Source: Azolla caroliniana (Eukaryota > Plantae > Polypodiophyta). From it: a stretch of DNA of 64,000 bases. The stretch covers positions 1-64,000 of the forward strand of contig JBHGNT010000075.1 in assembly GCA_043228905.1 (NCBI GenBank). The letters are read 5' to 3'. The notes under the pieces were generated by a model. That model saw nothing but the letters and a program-made list of their open reading frames with translations. It was not told where the DNA came from and searched no databases. The position numbers and the translations under genes were made by a program. Positions 63,279 through 64,000 of the stretch are shown here, piece after piece; position 1 is the first letter of the stretch, and every line of letters begins with the position of its first letter.

Positions 63279-64000
63279 GCGAGAGAAGATTCTCGGCTGA
63301 GCGTGTAGTGAAGGACGACAGAGAGCTAAATTATTATTCTTCGGAATCAGTTAAAATATCAACAGGTTCTGCTAGAGAAGGAGTAGAATCGCAGGCAGGT
63401 CTCGCTCGGAAAATGTTGCTTGCGCAGGTCTCGCTCGGGAAATGTTGCTTGCGCAGGTCTTAGGAGAATCGGGTGACGCTACAAATAAAGAACCAATGTA
63501 TAAAAATAAGTCTTTTTGGGGAGTGGTACTCACTACTATAAATATATGTGTAATAACCTATATCTTTGGCGGTAGTAGTGGTGGAGGTAGCAGTGACAGT
63601 AGCCCGTCTGCTAGTAGCATAATAGGTGAATCCAATCCCTTCTTATATCTATATAATTGGCTGAGACCTCCACATAACAGACTTAATTTACCGCTTTAAA
63701 CGAAATAGACTCTGTAAATTCAACAGGTAGAATAATGGAAAGCGCGTCGTATGCATTAGATTATCTGCTTCATAACAGCAACGAATTCTACATGTCAATT
63801 CAGTATCCTTTACAGCAAGCAACCTGAAAGGTTTTCTTTATTGAATTTGTATAAGATTGGTACATGAGCGCATTCAGCGTGGTATGCGGCTAGATACCAG
63901 GCCTTCAGAAAGCGAAATTAACACTATTGTGGGTGGAAAGATTATTATCTTTTAATAGCAGGGAATCATCATTATTGGGTATTTCAGACACTCACTGAAA

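Larger units (their letters stand above)
59532..64000 (+). repeat. Direct repeat copy B (runs off the window)
   Basis: Matches 47239-51702. Confidence 0.95.

Overview
Land-plant mitochondrial DNA, most likely from a fern (probably leptosporangiate). Conserved genes carry many in-frame TAA/TAG/TGA codons at Gln/Arg positions, plus ACG starts and CGA/CAA stops, the signature of dense U-to-C and C-to-U RNA editing. The fern-type group II introns rps1i25g2 and atp1i361g2 are present. Genes: cox3 x2, rps1 x2, atp9, atp1, rpl6-rps13-rps11, rps2, nad3 x2, cob x2, nad4L, nad7 exon 1, rps14 fragments and a very divergent rps3-like frame. Also present are about a dozen distinct tRNA genes and several tRNA pseudogenes, plastid-derived inserts (rpoC1, accD, atpB, trnM) and a decayed linear-plasmid-type family B DNA polymerase. 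Repeats: a 5.9 kb rRNA-containing inverted repeat, direct repeats of 5.3 kb and at least 4.5 kb, abundant microsatellites and palindromic mini-repeats. Highlight: the large-subunit rRNA gene is split into distant pieces by a bipartite group I intron broken in loop L8, so P7 and P8 can only form in trans. The 3' piece sits behind a duplicate of the rrnS leader, so recombination across that ~240 bp repeat could rebuild a cis-spliced gene. All calls were made by eye and editing sites are predictions.
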